Shown here: positions 12,680-26,349 of the stretch, piece after piece
How positions within the stretch are numbered: the stretch's first letter is position 1
How the letters are laid out: each line of letters starts with the position of its first letter
Origin: Eledone cirrhosa
Lineage: Eukaryota
DNA length: 64,000 nucleotides
Direction: 5' to 3'
Assembly (NCBI GenBank): GCA_964016885.1
Contig: OZ024741.1
Coordinates: 992,001-1,056,000, forward strand
Made by a program: the position numbers and the translations under genes
Notes under the pieces: generated by a model
Databases searched by the model: none
What the model was told of the DNA's origin: nothing
What the model saw: only the letters and a program-made list of their open reading frames with translations

Positions 12680-15600
12680 ACTGAGCTGAAATGAAAACCA
12701 AACCAAACAGTGGGTGCGTTATATTATTATTTTGGAGAACATGACCCTCTCCAAATATAACAATACTTGGAAAAATCATATTGTCGGATAAATTTGTGCG
12801 TTATTTTTTTTCCAATGTTATTTGAGTTAGAGCTGACTCTAGACAATCGGTGGGTAGTCCCACAAAAGAAAATGTGTAAAATTTTAAAAGCTCATATCAA
12901 TGTTGACATTGCAGCTCTGTCAAAGCAATACTATATATCACAAAATATGTCAACATGGGCAGTGACATGGCTATCTTTGTTACTGACGTGGAACTAAATG
13001 ATGGTGGGCTGGTTGAGGTTAAACAATTTCAGACAGGTCGATACATCTTCAGCAATGAAGTCATCTGGCGGTTCTTTGTATTTGATATCCACCAACACCA
13101 TCCAACAGTTGTCAACCTCGCAGTCCATCTAGAAAATGGACAGAGTGTGTACTTCACTGAGACCACTGCTCATCAGTTGACACAAGCACCACCTGACACT
13201 ACTTTAACTGCTTTTTTAAAACTCTGCCAGAAAGATGAATTTGTTTGATCCCTCCTATATGCTGACATCACAAAATACTACACCTGGATCAATTGTAAGA
13301 CTTGGAATCGAAGGAAGCGGGGTCATTTAGTGGAAGGTCATGAAGTCAAGGAAAGTGATGCTATTGGACATGTTTACAATGAACACCCCAACAACAGAGA
13401 GTGTTTTTATTTGCGGCTATTTCTGCAAGGACCAACTATTTGTTCAAGGACCAACGTCATTTAAAGATCTCAGAAGCTTTGGAGGAAGAGTGTGCGCAAC
13501 ATACCAAGAAGCATGTAAAGAGCATGGACTCCTGCATGACAATGGACATTGGAAGAAGAGCCTAGAAGCAGCAGCAGTCACTTGAGTAACCAGTCAAATA
13601 AGACAGTTGCTTGCTACTATACTCACAGTATGTGGAATTGATGAAGCTCATCTACTCTGGCAGGCATACAAACACAATATGTCGGACAACTATCTACACC
13701 TAGCCCAAAGACATCATGGCAATATGTATTTGGAATATATCTCCAGGATTTACTATGAAGCCCTCTGCGACCTACCCCATCGAGTTCACGTGATGAATAG
13801 CATTGCGGGATGCTAGAGCCAGATACAGATTGAGGTAGTACAATACGTTTTTCAGGAGACAAACCACGATATTGAAGTATTGTGTAAGTTTGTGTATGAA
13901 AATGAACCTCGATAGCTGGATGACCAGAAATACGCCTACCACAATATCACAGAAAACATTCAAAATGACAGGGGAGGACTTTTCTTAATCGATGCTCCTG
14001 CTAGAACAGGCAAGACATTCTTCATAAACCTACTGCTTGCAAAAGTTTGTCAAAAGCAACATATTGCCCCTACCGTGGCTTCAAGTGGCATTGCAGCAAC
14101 ACTTCTGGATGGAGGAAGAACTGCACACTCCATGTTTAAGCTGCCCATAGATCTCACACGGCATGAACAATCTTTTTGCAACTCACCCAAGGGTAAGTTT
14201 CTGCAAACATGCAAGATGATAATTGGAATGAAGCCACCATGAACCATAAACAAGCAATTGAAGCTTTGGACTGGACAATAAGGGATCTGAGAGAAAATAC
14301 TTGCATAATGGGAAGAGTTTACAATGGTTCTTGCAAGTGATTTCAGACAAACTCAGCCTGTAATTCTCCGTGGGATCCGAGCTGATCAGGTCAATGCCTG
14401 TCTGAAAACATCCTATCTCTGGCCCCACTTTCTGTGGCTGAGCCTTACAACCAATATGTAAGTGCAATTAACTGGTGACGAGGTGTCAGTGAGTTTGCCA
14501 TCCAACTACTTAAATTGGGAAATGAGCTTCTTGAAAAGGACTTCAACGACCAGATTTAGTTGTCATTTGGCTATATCATTGACACAGAACAAGAACTGGT
14601 TGCAAGAGTGTCTCCAAACATTCAGATCAAACAATGTGATCCCAAATGGCTCTGGGAACAAGCAATCTTAGCACCGAAAAATGTTGATGTGAAATAAATC
14701 AACAGAAGGCTGCTCGATATGTTACCAGGAGAGAAAAAATGTTACAAATCAGTTGACACAGTCACTTTCCAAGAGTAGGTTGTAAACTATCCAATTGAAT
14801 TTTTTGTAACAGTCTTGAACTAGCAGGATTTCCTTCACACAACCTGATACTGAAGCTTGGAGCATCACTTATGTTACTTCATAGTCTGGATCCTCCAAAA
14901 CTTTGCAATAGCACAAGACTCATAATTAAAAATGCCCAATGTCCTAGAAGTTGCAATCATGTCAGGAAAATTTGTTGGTGACTCAGTTTTGCCATAACCA
15001 TCAACAAATCTCAAGGGCTGGAAATCCTGATTGACTCTTCATTGTAGCACCACAGGGCAAAACCAAGAATGTTTATCCAGAGGCTTTGGAATGAGCAATA
15101 TCGTAATTCCTCCTTCAATGACAATACTAATTCCTTAGTCAAGTAAGGAATTCTAAAGCTGCAACTTTACTGCATAGTGTTACTTTGGAAGAACATACAG
15201 ACATTCCTGGGTACCTCTGCTATATAAAGTAGTATAAGTGAAATCTGTTTATGGTAGCTAGCTCGATCTGTTAGAAATAGCAGCCAAATTTCTTTCAAAT
15301 CCAAGTCTACTGTTTCATGTATGTATATATGTGTGAAACAAAAAGGAAAGGTTTTATGTGACACCTCGATCTACTAAAAATATTAGCAAAATCCATTTCA
15401 AATCACAGCCATCAGTCTTACAGCCCCCCCCCCCCACATAAATGTGTGTATGTAGTATGTATGATGTATGTCATGGAACCCACTATAACTGTTGGTGTGC
15501 CTAAAAGAAATAGAAAACAAATCTTCCTCAAACAAGATCCTACTGCCATAGAGGCAAAAGTTTGTGAAAGCTAGTGTAAAACTTTTAATTATCCTGGGCG

Positions 15601-16220
15601 TGTAGACTCCCATCTGCTCATAATAGTGGGTGATGGGGAGATCGGAAGAGATGGAGGCAGTGACAGTGGGAGTTTGGGTCCTGGTGTATATGTATATATT
15701 TACCACACTTACACTTAAATAAACTTTCCTGAATTACAGAAATGCGTAAGAAAATTCTTCATTCATTCCTAAACCAATGGTAAATTTATTTTTTTATTTT
15801 ATTTTATTTATGCTTTTTAAAATAGCCATTACATGTTGTTTGAATTACCCTAACCCTAACCCCCCCCCCCCCAAAAAAAACGATAAATAAATAAAATCTA
15901 AATGTATTTTTTTGATCATGCTCTTTTCACTGACAACACACCTAATGATTCTTCCAGGTGTGAAGCATTATATATGCTGACTGTAATAGGGAGTATTAAA
16001 AAAAATCACCACTAGGAAAAAAAAAAAAAAATTTAATTACATGATTTGCTTTGATCAAACGGCAATAAATATTCTGCTATAATTTCTATTTTAGTTAAAA
16101 TTCAGCAATCATATTTCAATGGTCAAATATTTTGTAATATATGCCAAATATTTTGTAATATATGCCAAATATATTGTAACTTTAATGAAATACTCGGGAA
16201 TCACCGGGTAGCTCAGCTAG
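12680..16220 (+). mobile_element. Helitron, decayed autonomous-type copy
   Basis: Rep/PIF1-helicase remnants. The 3' hairpin TACTCGG..CCGGGTA is followed by CTAG|T at 16217-16221. The 5' end is uncertain. Confidence 0.85.
12830..15090 (+). pseudogene. Helitron Rep/Hel (PIF1-like helicase) pseudogene
   Basis: Fragments DNRWVVP, GSDMA, GRYIFSNEVIWR, VHLENGQSVYF, VQGPTSFKDLR, Walker A FLIDAPARTGKTF and SGIAATLLDGGRTAHSMFKLP. Many stops and frameshifts. Confidence 0.88.
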
Positions 16221-17013
16221 TATAATATATATATAAATATATATATATATATTTTTTTTCTCTAAAATTTTTTTATGATTCCGCCTTGCCCGTCCCCTCA
16301 ATCTTTCTAAATTTTCATTCTTTCTTCTGGAATAGCATCCGAAACATTAAGACCCCAAGAAACCAGTAACATATAAAAAAAAATAAAAACCATACATCTT
16401 ACACTATCTGGTGAGAACATGTCAGGAGGTTATCATGTAGTCACTGACATCTTCGAAATACGTATAATAGAATCATGTAATAAAAAGATGTACAAATAAC
16501 ACCGTCTCTCGTATTAATAATGTTGAAACTCCAGTGAATACCTTACCGAGAAAAACGTAAAGAATACAAATCGTAGAGTGCTTTACGTCTGTTTACAAAA
16601 ATTACTTCAACGCACATAAACAGCACACACATTCTAACTTACATTCACTCACACACACATGTCCATTATCACTAACACATGGATATATGCAGACACTCAC
16701 TATCTTTGTTACTTTACACAATAAACCTTTAAAATCGCACGCGATTAAACTTACACTTACACTCATACATATAACGACACTGACACACACACTCCACTTT
16801 GCGTTCCTACTCGTTACCAAGACTACCTAATGGTTGTTTTGCTTTCCCGTTTATTTTTGTGCGTCTTTACTGGACCTTTTTTCTGTTTCTTCATTGTGAT
16901 CCTGTCTCTGTTTGTACTCCTGAAGAAGGGCTTAAGCCCGACACGTCGAACTTTCTTTCTTCTTTCCTATATAAAGCGAGAAACTAATATGATTTTTTTC
17001 CTTCTCTTTGAAC

Positions 17014-17097
<84 letters not shown>

Positions 17098-17122
17098 TTA
17101 TTATCACTGTTGTTCTTTTTTC

Positions 17123-17660
17123 AGTCTCAGTCATTGATGTTATTTAACTGGAAAGTTTGTTGGAATGAATATCAAGCCTCAGATATTCAGGACATATCGG
17201 AGGGTTCTTGCTGTTCCCAGCAAGCAGGCATTTTGAAGTGTTCAAAAACACGGAGCTGGACTAATCTTCTTTAACCATCATTGGAAACTCTTTGAGATAG
17301 TACCTAGTGCTCATATGACAATCGGGACGACCTTGATTTCATGGCAGTTCCAAATCCTTTTTACCCCCCACTTTAAATCCTGGTATCGGTTAATTTTCTT
17401 CCTCTCCTTTTCTTGCACTCTCGTATCAAATGGGCAGGCTACATCCACAATCAGGCACGATCTTTTTTCCTTGTCCAAAACCACCAGGTCAGGCCTATTG
17501 TGTTCCAGTTTCTTGTCCGTCTGTATCCTAAAATCCCATAACACCTTCACCTGATCGTTTTCTATCACCGACTCTGGCTTATGCTCATACCATTTCTCAG
17601 AATGTGGTAAATTGTTTAGTTTGCATAGTTGCCAGTGAATCACCTTTCCTATCATATCAT
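17123..17660 (-). mobile_element. Dong/R4-like retrotransposon 3' fragment (restriction-like endonuclease)
   Basis: LWDFRIQTD..HNRPDLVV..IVDVACPFD..KINRYQDL. The 3' UTR matches 31096-31147. Confidence 0.85.
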
Positions 17661-17706
17661 GTCTCCAGCCTTTATAGTCAGTCTGGACTAGGTGTTTACA
17701 TTCAGA

Positions 17707-17745
<39 letters not shown>

Positions 17746-17747
17746 GG

Positions 17748-17922
17748 ATTGGCAGTATCGGTAGAGGGTCGGACGCCATGCTTTCCAGCATAGTTACGTC
17801 CCTTTACGATCTGAGTTCAAATCCCGCCGAGGTTGGCTTTGCCTTTCATCCTTACGGGGTCGATAAAATAAAGTACCAGTAATGTACTGGGTAATTGCTG
17901 GCCTTGTGCCTAAAGTAGAAAC
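17748..17922 (+). mobile_element. tRNA-derived SINE, near full length, within (ATT)n
   Basis: A-box-like TGGCAGTATCGG, B-box GAGTTCAAATCC, central GCCTTTCATCCTTACGGGGTCGATAAAATAAAGTACCAG, (ATT)n tail. Confidence 0.8.
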
Positions 17923-17984
17923 AATTATTATTATTATAAAAAGATCGGAGGCCATAAACAGTTGATTTAGGTTTATTTAAAACT

Positions 17985-18042
17985 CCGTTATATATAATTC
18001 ACTGAGGACTATCAGTTATGATAACCTCAGCTCTTCAGACGG
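17985..18042 (-). ncRNA. Hammerhead motif with GAAA>GAAT variant
   Basis: Reverse complement: CCGT-CTGAAGA-g CTGAGG TTATCA taac TGATAG t CCTCAG t-GAAT-TATATA-TA-ACGG. Confidence 0.55.
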
Positions 18043-18189
18043 CAAAATCTATAAAAACTTGAAAACATTGAAAGTTCCTAAAAAATATATAATGGCTGAA
18101 TCAATACACACTTTCTTCTCAAAAACATTTTCCGTTCTTCCACTTCTCATGCTCTGTCTTTCTATTTCATCGTTTGTTTCTCCTTCTAC

Positions 18190-18223
18190 CTTCTGATGAA
18201 GGAATAGTTTCCGAAACGTAAAG
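18190..18223 (+). ncRNA. Minimal type I hammerhead; related variants at 18845-18872 (CTGCTGA) and 19535-19570 (CTGGTGA)
   Basis: CTT-CTGATGA-a GGAA tagt TTCC-GAAACGTA-AAG. Stem II covaries (GGAA/TTCC versus GGAC/GTCC). Confidence 0.75.
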
Positions 18224-18370
18224 ACACTACTTAGTATATCAAGCATTAAACAAATATATTTCTTCATTGTAATGTGCTGTTTGCTTTGGTGTTTCCATTT
18301 GCTTTTTGCATATATATACACACATATATATATATGTATATATACACAGACACGCACGCACGCACGCACG

Positions 18371-18418
<48 letters not shown>

Positions 18419-18705
18419 AGTGAAAGAAAAAAAAAAATATATATAGTTATTTGTTTTTTATCTTCCACTGTATTTTTTCAATTATATTCCCATCCCATCT
18501 GCCCCCCCCCCCCCCACACAAACTGTCCATCTCTTCAATATGCGATCAACAGTGATCTCCCCCGAAACCCAATACTTTCTCCACAAGTTCAATTGATCAA
18601 AGATTACAATACAAGATGTCAGACAACGACTAATGTTGATTGCGTAGTCTGACTGTTGTTTGTATATGTGTGTGTACATGTTTATGTGTAGGTGTATGTA
18701 TACAT

Positions 18706-18740
<35 letters not shown>

Positions 18741-19325
18741 TAACAACACGTGCTTTATTTCCTATCTATCTTTTTCCCAATTTCTTTTTTTTTTCTCTCG
18801 TCTATCTCTCTCTCCCCCCAGACATCCATTCCTTTCACGCTCTGCTGCTGAAGGACTAGCGTCCGAAACGTTAAAATATTTTTCCAACAATATCAAGCCT
18901 TAAATTAACATTCCATCATTATATTACGATGCTGTTCCTGTGTTATTTATCTTTTTTTTTACTATTCTCTCTCCCTCTCTCTCAATTATAATCGCGCGAA
19001 ACCATTTTGCTGGTCTGAGAGCTGATGATGTGTGTGAATTTGTCTTGTACATCGCCTTTCTTCATTGCCTTCTTCCAGCCACTTCTGTGTGCATATACGC
19101 TTTTCTTTTCCCTGCTCCTCTCTCAATCTTTTCTATGTCTATCACCCACCTCGTGGTTTGACTCTCTCACGACTGCAGGCTACTGGTATCTGTCCTGAGG
19201 CGTTTTTGCCCATCACTATCTGACAACAGTAGGCTCTTTAATGGCTACTTTAGCCATGAGTTTTCACATTTTTATATTAATCTTAATCTACTCTCGCATC
19301 GTCTCTACAAGAGACATGAATGTAT

Positions 19326-19421
<96 letters not shown>

Positions 19422-20191
19422 CACACACACACATATGACTGACTAGATATTACATGGGTTTTTTATCAAATATTTCCCGTTCCTTCGTCCTCTCACGCTC
19501 TATCTTTTTGTTTCCTTTTTTATTTCTCATTCTATCTTCTGGTGACGGACTAGTGTCCGAAACGTTAAGACTGTTTTGCTATTATTTGAAGCGTTAAATT
19601 GATATATTTCTTCATTTTACTGCGTCATATTTCTGTTTACATCTAACATACACACACGCGCGCACACACACACGCAAACACACATACACATACACACACA
19701 CACAAACACACACATAAATACACACGCACATATATATGTATGTATGTCCGTATGAATGTATATCCATATATACATACATTATATACGTATCTGATTGTTA
19801 GTCAGCCTGTATCGGTCAGCAGGCGCATGTCTTGTGCGTTATTGATTGGTGGAAGCTGAGCAGACGAAAGCTGATCAATCATCTTTTGCCCTGTACCAGA
19901 TGGTAGACAACCAGTTCCGTTTTAATTTAATTTATCCAACATATTCCAACATATTTCGCCTGGCTACACCGTTTCTACGGTTGTTCCCTGGCCACACACC
20001 TTAATCCCAACCCCTATACTAAAACACATCCAAATTCATTAGAAATAAATTGGTAGAATTATAATAATACAAAGAAAAATAGATTTCTATGACAAAGCAC
20101 GAAATATGAAATATATATAAACCAAAGGATACGATTATTGCTTCAACCACTCTGCTCACTATCAATAACTAAATATACATACACATACATT

Positions 20192-20240
<49 letters not shown>

Positions 20241-20278
20241 GAAAGATTTGAATGGATACAGTTTAGTTGAAAGGAATT

Positions 20279-20396
20279 TATTGACACGTGTTTCTATAAC
20301 AGTTACATAACCTAAAACAGCTGCTATCTACAAACTTTTAGTTATGCAGACATTCAATATTTCAATGTTATTATTTACTGTCATTTCATCAGAATA
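20279..20396 (-). ncRNA. Type I hammerhead with long stem-II insert
   Basis: Reverse complement: TATT-CTGATGA-a ATGACAG ... CTGTTAT a-GAAA-CACGTG-TC-AATA. Palindrome ACACGTGT, GUC site. Confidence 0.7.
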
Positions 20397-20930
20397 ATAT
20401 TACTGAGGACCTATTTAGTTTTTATAGAGAATATTAGGAGGGAGGGGTGAAGTTGTTAGAAGAATAGTTGAAGGAGTGGTTTTTCGATAGCAGTGAGTAA
20501 TTAGATTCCCATCTGTTGTTTTGACATTTTTTATAGAATATATTATTGGTTATTTTTCTAAATCTATAGAAGGATTAGAGATAGTAAAGATATGCGTGGT
20601 TGGTTTTGTGTTTGCACTTAATTAACATTCAGACTTAAATTTTTCTTTCAAGTGTACGTATCCTTTCACCCACGCATTCACACACAAATATATTTGCACA
20701 CCTCTACAAAATACATATACTCACAGTTCACATATTCATACTTACATATATATACACATGTATACACATATATATACACACATGTATTCATGTACATACA
20801 TACGCGCTCTTGTGTATACATTTTCATACTCAACTTATCTTTATATACACACGTATAGACACACACATATATACATACATACTCTAGTCCATGTGTACAC
20901 ACATACACATACATACACATCCATATACAC

Positions 20931-21009
<79 letters not shown>

Positions 21010-21436
21010 CACTTTAATACATGAATACACTTACATCTAACTATACACATCAAACATATATATATATTTACTTATTTATATACATTTTCACATATATATA
21101 CATACTTATGGACGTTTTTAGACACATTCATTATCGCATATTTGTACCTATTCTCATCAGCATATCTTTCCATTATTAGTGTGGTAATTTAAGGTTATTA
21201 ATATATGTTGAGAAGAGATTGTTTTTATATTTTTCTAACTAGATTAAGGTTTATATAGTTGGGGGATGTCCCTCTTTTATATAATATTCGGCTTGTAGTG
21301 GGAAAAAAGGGTTTTAGTTCTGTGACGGCAGAATAATGTTCGTTCAATTCTGTTCTTCAGCAGTTTCTTCTTGTGTGTGATTATGTAATAAATCTCAATA
21401 TATATATATCTGATATATATATATATATATATATAA

Positions 21437-21509
<73 letters not shown>

Positions 21510-21680
21510 CAATATCGGAGAAAGCTTTTTAGCGATACTCCGGCCAAATTCCAACTCACTCAACAAACATTAAAAAATAAGTGATTATATTCCTAATTAT
21601 GTGTTCGGGGTGCTAACTAAAAGTATTGCGTGGAAAATTGGCTGTATTATTTCATATGAGACATATCGAATATATCTCTT

Positions 21681-21807
21681 CCCAGACGGACGTCTCGTTT
21701 CATTATAGGATTCCTACAATTTGGGTGAAATTATTCCAATTTATGTACGAGCTTGTATACCATCAATAGATATATATTCAAGTGGGCTCCTGTAATTCAT
21801 CAGTGGG
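21681..21807 (-). ncRNA. Hammerhead-like motif with long stem-II insert (degenerate)
   Basis: Reverse complement: CCCA-CTGATGA-ATTACAGGA ... TCCTATAAT-GAAACG aga CGTC(cgtc)-TGGG. Confidence 0.5.
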
Positions 21808-21940
21808 TGCCCCAATATATATATATATATAGTAATAATAATAAATGCGAAGACTAAAATCCAAAGAGGGCTCGATAAGGATCCCGTTAAGGGTGAAAGC
21901 AGCGATTCTTTGCTTAAACTTTAATCTGTTATTTTAATAA

Positions 21941-21991
<51 letters not shown>

Positions 21992-22264
21992 AACAAGCAA
22001 GTAGGACCGTCAAACATAAACAAATTCGAACACAGACACAGCCAGAACAAATGTAAAGTTCCTTCCTCTATGGTCTTAACTGTGAAGGAATTAATGAACA
22101 TGTACAGAAAAATTAATTTTAATTCTATTCTTAAAACATATAAATTATTTAGTGTGTACTCAAACGACTGTTTGTGTGAAAATAAGCTGGCACGTACACT
22201 CACACTCACACTCACACACACACATACATACATACATACACACATATATATATATATATATATA

Positions 22265-22453
22265 TAACGAAGGAGTTGTGGTAAGGAACCAGATGGACCA
22301 TAACGCACCAGAGTACTCAATACTTAGGGTAGTAGAGTGGGTAATAGGAAAAAGTATGACCCCGACGGCAGACCTCAAGCCGTTTCGACGGCTATTTCAG
22401 TCCAGAAATAGCCGTCGAAACGGCTTGAGCTCTGCCGTCGGGGTCATACTTTT

Positions 22454-22458
<5 letters not shown>
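22265..22458 (+). mobile_element. Family F copy 3 with terminal hairpin, (TA)n-flanked
   Basis: Core as at 8011. Hairpin 22345-22458. Confidence 0.8.
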
Positions 22459-22501
<43 letters not shown>

Positions 22502-22594
22502 AACATGGCTGCATACACACGTGTGTGTCCCTTTTTCTATTTTTTCCATTACTTCCTCTTCCCATTCTTTATCTTTCTATTTTATCTTTTATTT

Positions 22595-22735
22595 CTAACT
22601 CTCTCCTCTGACGTAGGACTAACTCTCTCCTCTGACGAAGGACTAACTCTCTCTTCTGATGAAGGACTAACTCCCTCCTGAGATAAAGGACTAACTCTCT
22701 CCTCTGACGAAGGAGCTGTGTCTGAAACTTGAGAC
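22595..22735 (+). repeat. Five 24-bp tandem repeats of an HHR 5' half, ending in a complete HHR-like core
   Basis: CTAACTCTCTCCTCTGACGAAGGA x5 with variants. The last copy continues GCTGTGTCT-GAAAC-TTGAGA. Confidence 0.75.
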
Positions 22736-23303
22736 TCTTTTTCTGATTTTTAAGTGTAACGCGAACTGGCGCGAAATTTATTATAATTATTGACCAACCA
22801 ATCAAATTACTTCTCGAAAAACCTGGCATTTCGAGCAACTTTTTCCATATAAAACAAGTAACATTCAGAGACCAACCAGATGTGAGAAAAACCACAGACC
22901 CTCCATCTCAACTCTACTTTTGAAAAGCAGAAGAACTGCGAAACCGGTAAAGTAACCAAATAAATATATATATATTTTTTAAAATAAGACTCCAGTTGCA
23001 TTTTCGATTTCATCTTTTTTTCTTTATACTTTCACTCGTGTAGGACACCGGTTATTTTTCATTTTGTAAAAAAAACCTCACTTTCTATTATATATATATA
23101 AATATATATAAATATAAATATATATAAATATATATATATATATTTATATATATATATAAAGAAAAGCAGATCCTTAAATATATCTTTTGTGCTATTTCCG
23201 ATTCCACGTTTTCTTTATAACCACTGTTTTGTATAGTACCTTACTCCCTTTTCAAATATATATATATATATTGAACCTACAGTAAATCCAAGTTACACTC
23301 CCT

Positions 23304-23466
<163 letters not shown>

Positions 23467-23607
23467 AAAATAAATATCTTAATTACCAACACGAGCGCTA
23501 ATTATATGCAAATTAGTACGTCGATTTCAGAATAATATTAAGAATAATATTAAGAGCGAATGTGTATAAAGACATCAGATACATGTTTCATTGTGGTTGA
23601 TATACAC

Positions 23608-23652
23608 GCCTTCTGATGAGGGTCCAATTGGGTCTGAAAATTCATTAAAGTG
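23608..23652 (+). ncRNA. Hammerhead-like motif
   Basis: CTT-CTGATGA-GGGTCC aatt GGGTCT-GAAA-attca-TTA-AAG. Confidence 0.5.
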
Positions 23653-23722
23653 TTACACAATTTGTTTTAATTTACGGGGTAATTCGTATTTTCTGGCATG
23701 TTTGCATGACTACATCTTAGAT

Positions 23723-23824
<102 letters not shown>

Positions 23825-24281
23825 CGGAGGGTTTGTGGTTTTTCTCGTGAAACTCTGTGAAACCGTTAAAGGAAACAAATAAATATTCTTAAAATGACTC
23901 CAGTTGCATTTTCCATTTCTTTTCCACTTTTAGCCGTGTAGGAGATCTCGTTTTTTTTTTATTAAAAAAAAAAAAAGAAACTATATATATATATAAGAAA
24001 ATGGAGTTTCTTTTTTTCTTTTTAAATGAAAAAAAACAACAAAACCCCAGATGAACACTGAAAGTGGAGAAGAAATCGAAAATGCAACTGGAGTCATTTT
24101 AAGAATATGTATTTATTTACTTTACCGGTTTCAGACAGTTTCACGAGAAAAACCACAAACCCTCCATCTCAATTCTACTTTTGAAAAGCATAAAAACTGT
24201 TAAACCGGTAAAGGAAACAAATAAATATTCTTAAAACGACTCCAGTTGCATTTTCGATTTCATCTTTTTTCCTTATATATA

Positions 24282-24454
<173 letters not shown>

Positions 24455-24461
24455 TATATAT

Positions 24462-25052
24462 ATAAATGTTCGGTGAATCCATACGTACATATATATATAT
24501 GTGTGCATGTATGTATATATATATACATACTACTGTACGTCTGTATACATATATGTATGTACGTGTACATATTTATATTTAAGTAACAGCCGTACTAAGA
24601 GTGGGAAATGAAATTTCGTTTCATTTTTTCCGTTTATCTTTTTCGGTGCACCCGGCCGATTAACCCACTCGATATGCAAATTGGGCTACTCAGCCGTTAT
24701 TATGCATAAGGTAAGTATATACGTTCAACAATCTGGCAGGAAGGTATACGTTGCTGACGATAGCTAATAAGCTTGAAACTAGTACAGCGTTCCTTTGTCA
24801 GTGTTGAACAAACGAGCAACGATGGTTGCTGGACACTACGGCTTAATACGGGATGTTTCTTTACAAACACACCGAGCATTATAATAAATGTTCGGTGAAT
24901 CCATACGTACATATATATATATGTGTGTATGTATATATATATACATACTACTGTACGTCTGTATACATATATGTATGTACGTGTACGTACTTATATTTAA
25001 GTAACAGCCGTACTAAGAGTGGGAAATGAAATTTCGTTTCATTTTTTCCGTT
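24462..25052 (+). repeat. Second locus of the 420-bp HHR repeat (about 1.4 units), (TA)n-flanked
   Basis: TAAATGTTCGGTGAATCC at 24462 and 24885. HHR at 24749-24789. Confidence 0.88.
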
Positions 25053-25103
25053 TATATATATATATGAAATATAAGAATCAAAGAACTGTTCAAAACATAT
25101 TTG

Positions 25104-25150
25104 TGCTTACAACTGTTTCCTCCAAACTGAGGTTTGGATTCTTCGGAGCA
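25104..25150 (-). ncRNA. Hammerhead motif with CCGAAGA variant
   Basis: Reverse complement: TGCT-CCGAAGA-a TCCAAAC ctca GTTTGGA g-GAAA-CAGTTG-TA-AGCA. Confidence 0.55.
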
Positions 25151-25828
25151 ATTTATTACATTGAGCTACTTAACTTACTGGTAATAAGGTAGTAATATAT
25201 TACTGCCTACCACTATTTAGGGTTTGTATAAAAAAATATATATAACTGAAAAAGGTTTTTGTATTTACATAACCATAAATAGTATAATTAATACTATATA
25301 TATATATATATATATATAACCGCGTTGTTTTGTCCTTTCTATGTTAAGTTTAAGTTTATCTACTAATGTGACGAACGCGTTTATCTCTTTTCACCCATTT
25401 ATTGTAATTGCTTACATTTTTAACACGATATCTTACTTTATCCTTCTTGCTTTTTTTCTTTCTTTCTTTTTCCTTTTTTTCTTTGTTTCATTCATGTCCC
25501 TCGGGCTATGTGAGGTTCCAGACATTTTCCCTGACCTCACACAAAATGTTTATTTGTACCTTAACAGCTTATAAATTAATGTTTGTATTTCGTCTCTTAC
25601 TCCTTTGGACAGCATTTGGCTTATGTCAGACACTGTGACCCCGGATGGACCAGCAATACCATTGGTAGAGGCCGAAACTGTCAAAGTCCACCTCAACGGC
25701 CGATGACCCTGGAGTTATGTGTCCTTCGTTTGTATTTTTATTATTTTAAAATAATTTTTAAAAGTTTCCTCTTAAAAAATTGTTTTTCTTTTTTCTTTGT
25801 TTCTGTTCGTTGTCTTGTTAATTTTCTT

Positions 25829-25943
<115 letters not shown>

Positions 25944-25947
25944 ATAA

Positions 25948-26337
25948 TGATTTCTTTATTAGCCACAAGGGCTGACATCAAGAAAAACATTACAGACGGC
26001 GCAGGACGGTACAGGACAGTACGATGTGGGTTTTGTGCGTGTAAAGATTTTTATTATTTATATAAGAAACGAAAAAGAAAAAAAGACATAGAAACATATA
26101 TATATATATAAACAATTAAAATGAAAATTCAAACAATGAAAAATTCCTCAATAGGGGGAAACCTCCGAGGGTTACTCGTCGCGAAAACCACACAAAAGAC
26201 CACGGCCACCCTGACTACCAGGGCAAGCGCCCTCTCTCAATTTTTCGATACCTCAAACTACAAGCCTATATTCAGAGCGGTCCCGTTCACTCGGACCATT
26301 CTCGCTACATTCACCCACCTTTCAACAAACTTGCTAA
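25948..26337 (-). mobile_element. Tx1-clade LINE 3' fragment (a)
   Basis: ORF2 end plus 3' UTR, highly similar to 34869-35220. (AAT)n on both sides. Confidence 0.85.
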
Positions 26338-26349
26338 ATAATAATAATA

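Noticed and set aside
15848-15861. Telomeric CCCTAA repeat
   Set aside because: Only about two units, with no support for an interstitial telomere.
16916-16951. HHR CTGAAGA-GGG cttaag CCC-GACACGTC
   Set aside because: The GAAA core is mutated and stem I is poor. It is probably a dead relic and is not counted.
17748-17830. tRNA gene
   Set aside because: A and B boxes are present but there is no cloverleaf. It is the head of a multi-copy SINE.
22595-22714. 24-bp repeats as CRISPR or as an LRQRRELV peptide repeat
   Set aside because: The repeats are contiguous with no spacers and are better explained as a duplicated HHR half.
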